This document shows, in pieces, positions 62,605-64,000 of a stretch of DNA of 64,000 nucleotides (positions are counted from its first letter, which is position 1; each line of letters begins with the position of its first letter). This DNA is from Coniocarpon cinnabarinum (Eukaryota). Both the position numbers and the translations under genes were made by a program. The notes under the pieces were generated by a model. That model did no database searches, was not told the origin of the DNA, and saw only the letters and a list, made by a program, of their open reading frames with translations. Where the stretch lies: assembly GCA_051942205.1 (NCBI GenBank), contig JAVECO010000009.1:1-64000 (forward strand), given 5' to 3'.

Positions 62605-64000
62605 ACTGTGTGGGTGAGTGAGCTCGTATTGTCTGACGGGGGACCAGTGCCGCAAAGTCCGCGGATTATGCTCGTGATCCCAGACCCTGGTACGACTGCC
62701 GAGATCAAGGAGCGAGCCGACTGACAGGAGCGATACAGACGAGATACTGCAAGGTAAACTTGCCAGCAGTTGTCGAAGAGAAATGTGTTCGTGTCCAAGC
62801 GCAGGCGAGGACTTTAGTAGCTCCTAGTCGAGGCTTCTACTAGGCTATAAACGAGATGAAGCGTCTCTGCGTCCTGTAATAGACGCATCCGATGCACGGT
62901 TCCACTGAGCATGGGAGAAGTGGCCCTATTGCGGGCTCACGCCAGTGCCATTCCGGGGACGGATCCCTATCCGGGGCTGAAACTGGCCACGGCACATTGG
63001 CCCATGGCTGAGCAGCAACACTTCGAGGCCATGTGTCGAGCACGGGAGCCTGGCTGCCGCTGCGTGGCCTTCGAGAAGACATTTCGAACGAAGGATTCAT
63101 GGGGGCGCTTCAGTGCTGAGTCAAAGGTGAGGTGTCGCTGTCGGGGGCTGTAGTGACCGCAAGGTCCGTGCGCGGAGGTGCAACGATTACGCTGCAGCCA
63201 ATGAGCCGTCGTGGTCTTTTCGAGTACCGCTGTTAGTCCGGCGCCATTGGCCGCTAACTGTGGCATGGATTGTGAGGAGCGAGGACGGAGAGGTCATAGC
63301 ACATGCAGCCAGCCGCAGCTTCTCCTCTACCTTGAGCAGTGGCCAGCGATGCGATACCGATCGCCGCAAGACACAGCTCAAGTCACTGGTCTGGGCTTGG
63401 GATCCATCGCTCGATAGGCAAGAATGGTGATCATGTACAGGGCGCACAGTCACGTTCACTGTATTTCCCTCATTCTGGTCAGGCTGCTGATGTATGGATA
63501 TCCTCACGCGGTCAAGAGACCAGACAATTTGTCTTGCCAGTTGACGGGTATTTGACAGAGAGCGTCATTAACGGATCTCAATAATTAGGTTTGACGTGAA
63601 TTCCACAGCGGCACTTTCGTTGCTCAATGTGGCCAGCATCGCAGTATCCATGGAACAGAGGACCATACTAATCCTGTTAAACGAAACGGGTAGGCATAGT
63701 CTTCCAGTATACGCGCTTCATGACTGCATTCGTCCATAAAGCCCTAGACCGGGGCGTATCAAGTCGACATCGATGTGCACTAGGTGTCAGGGTTGCACGT
63801 GGAGCATTCTGACGGAAACTCACGGTTAGCACGAACGCGGCCGAGGCTACCGCAGTGCCTTAGACGCCTTGCTACGATTCAGTGCGGGAAACGTGCTCCA
63901 AGCCCAACAGCGCCCGTCTCGAAGAGCTCAATCGCCCCAGTGCCGAAACATTCTTCAAGTACCCATTGAAACTTAACTCCGTAGAACTGCCGCCATTTGC

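Noticed and set aside
1..64000. tRNA, rRNA or TPP riboswitch
   Set aside because: No matching signature was recognised by eye; a tRNAscan-SE/Infernal scan would be needed to exclude them.

Overview
Gene-dense, intron-containing nuclear DNA from a filamentous ascomycete (Pezizomycotina-type GT..CTRAC..YAG introns; the class cannot be fixed from this window). It opens with a RIP-like AT-rich relic. Housekeeping genes are eIF3j, a GT8 glycosyltransferase, an HCNGP/SAP30BP-like protein, PRE7, PNO1, MRI1, sphingolipid C9-methyltransferase, an OSCA/TMEM63 channel, RPL36, SERCA, a GH16 glucanase, a Tyr-phosphatase-like protein and 14-3-3. Accessory metabolic genes are an ALDH, a Pth11-like membrane protein, an amino-acid permease, a DHA14 MFS transporter, an O-methyltransferase, an alpha/beta hydrolase and a Zn2Cys6 factor. 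Main finding: an F-box gene (17804-15363, minus strand) is one frameshift-free frame of 814 codons interrupted by exactly three TAG codons. It is a candidate for stop-codon recoding (A-to-I UAG->UGG editing or readthrough), with C->T pseudogenisation as the alternative. Second finding: an orphan island between PNO1 and MRI1 holds two paralogous Cys/His mini-proteins with matching exon-1 and intron lengths, a YYQE-repeat gene with a duplicated intron-exon unit, and shuffled upstream modules. Exon structures were derived by hand and family calls are by motif recognition; no database searches were run.
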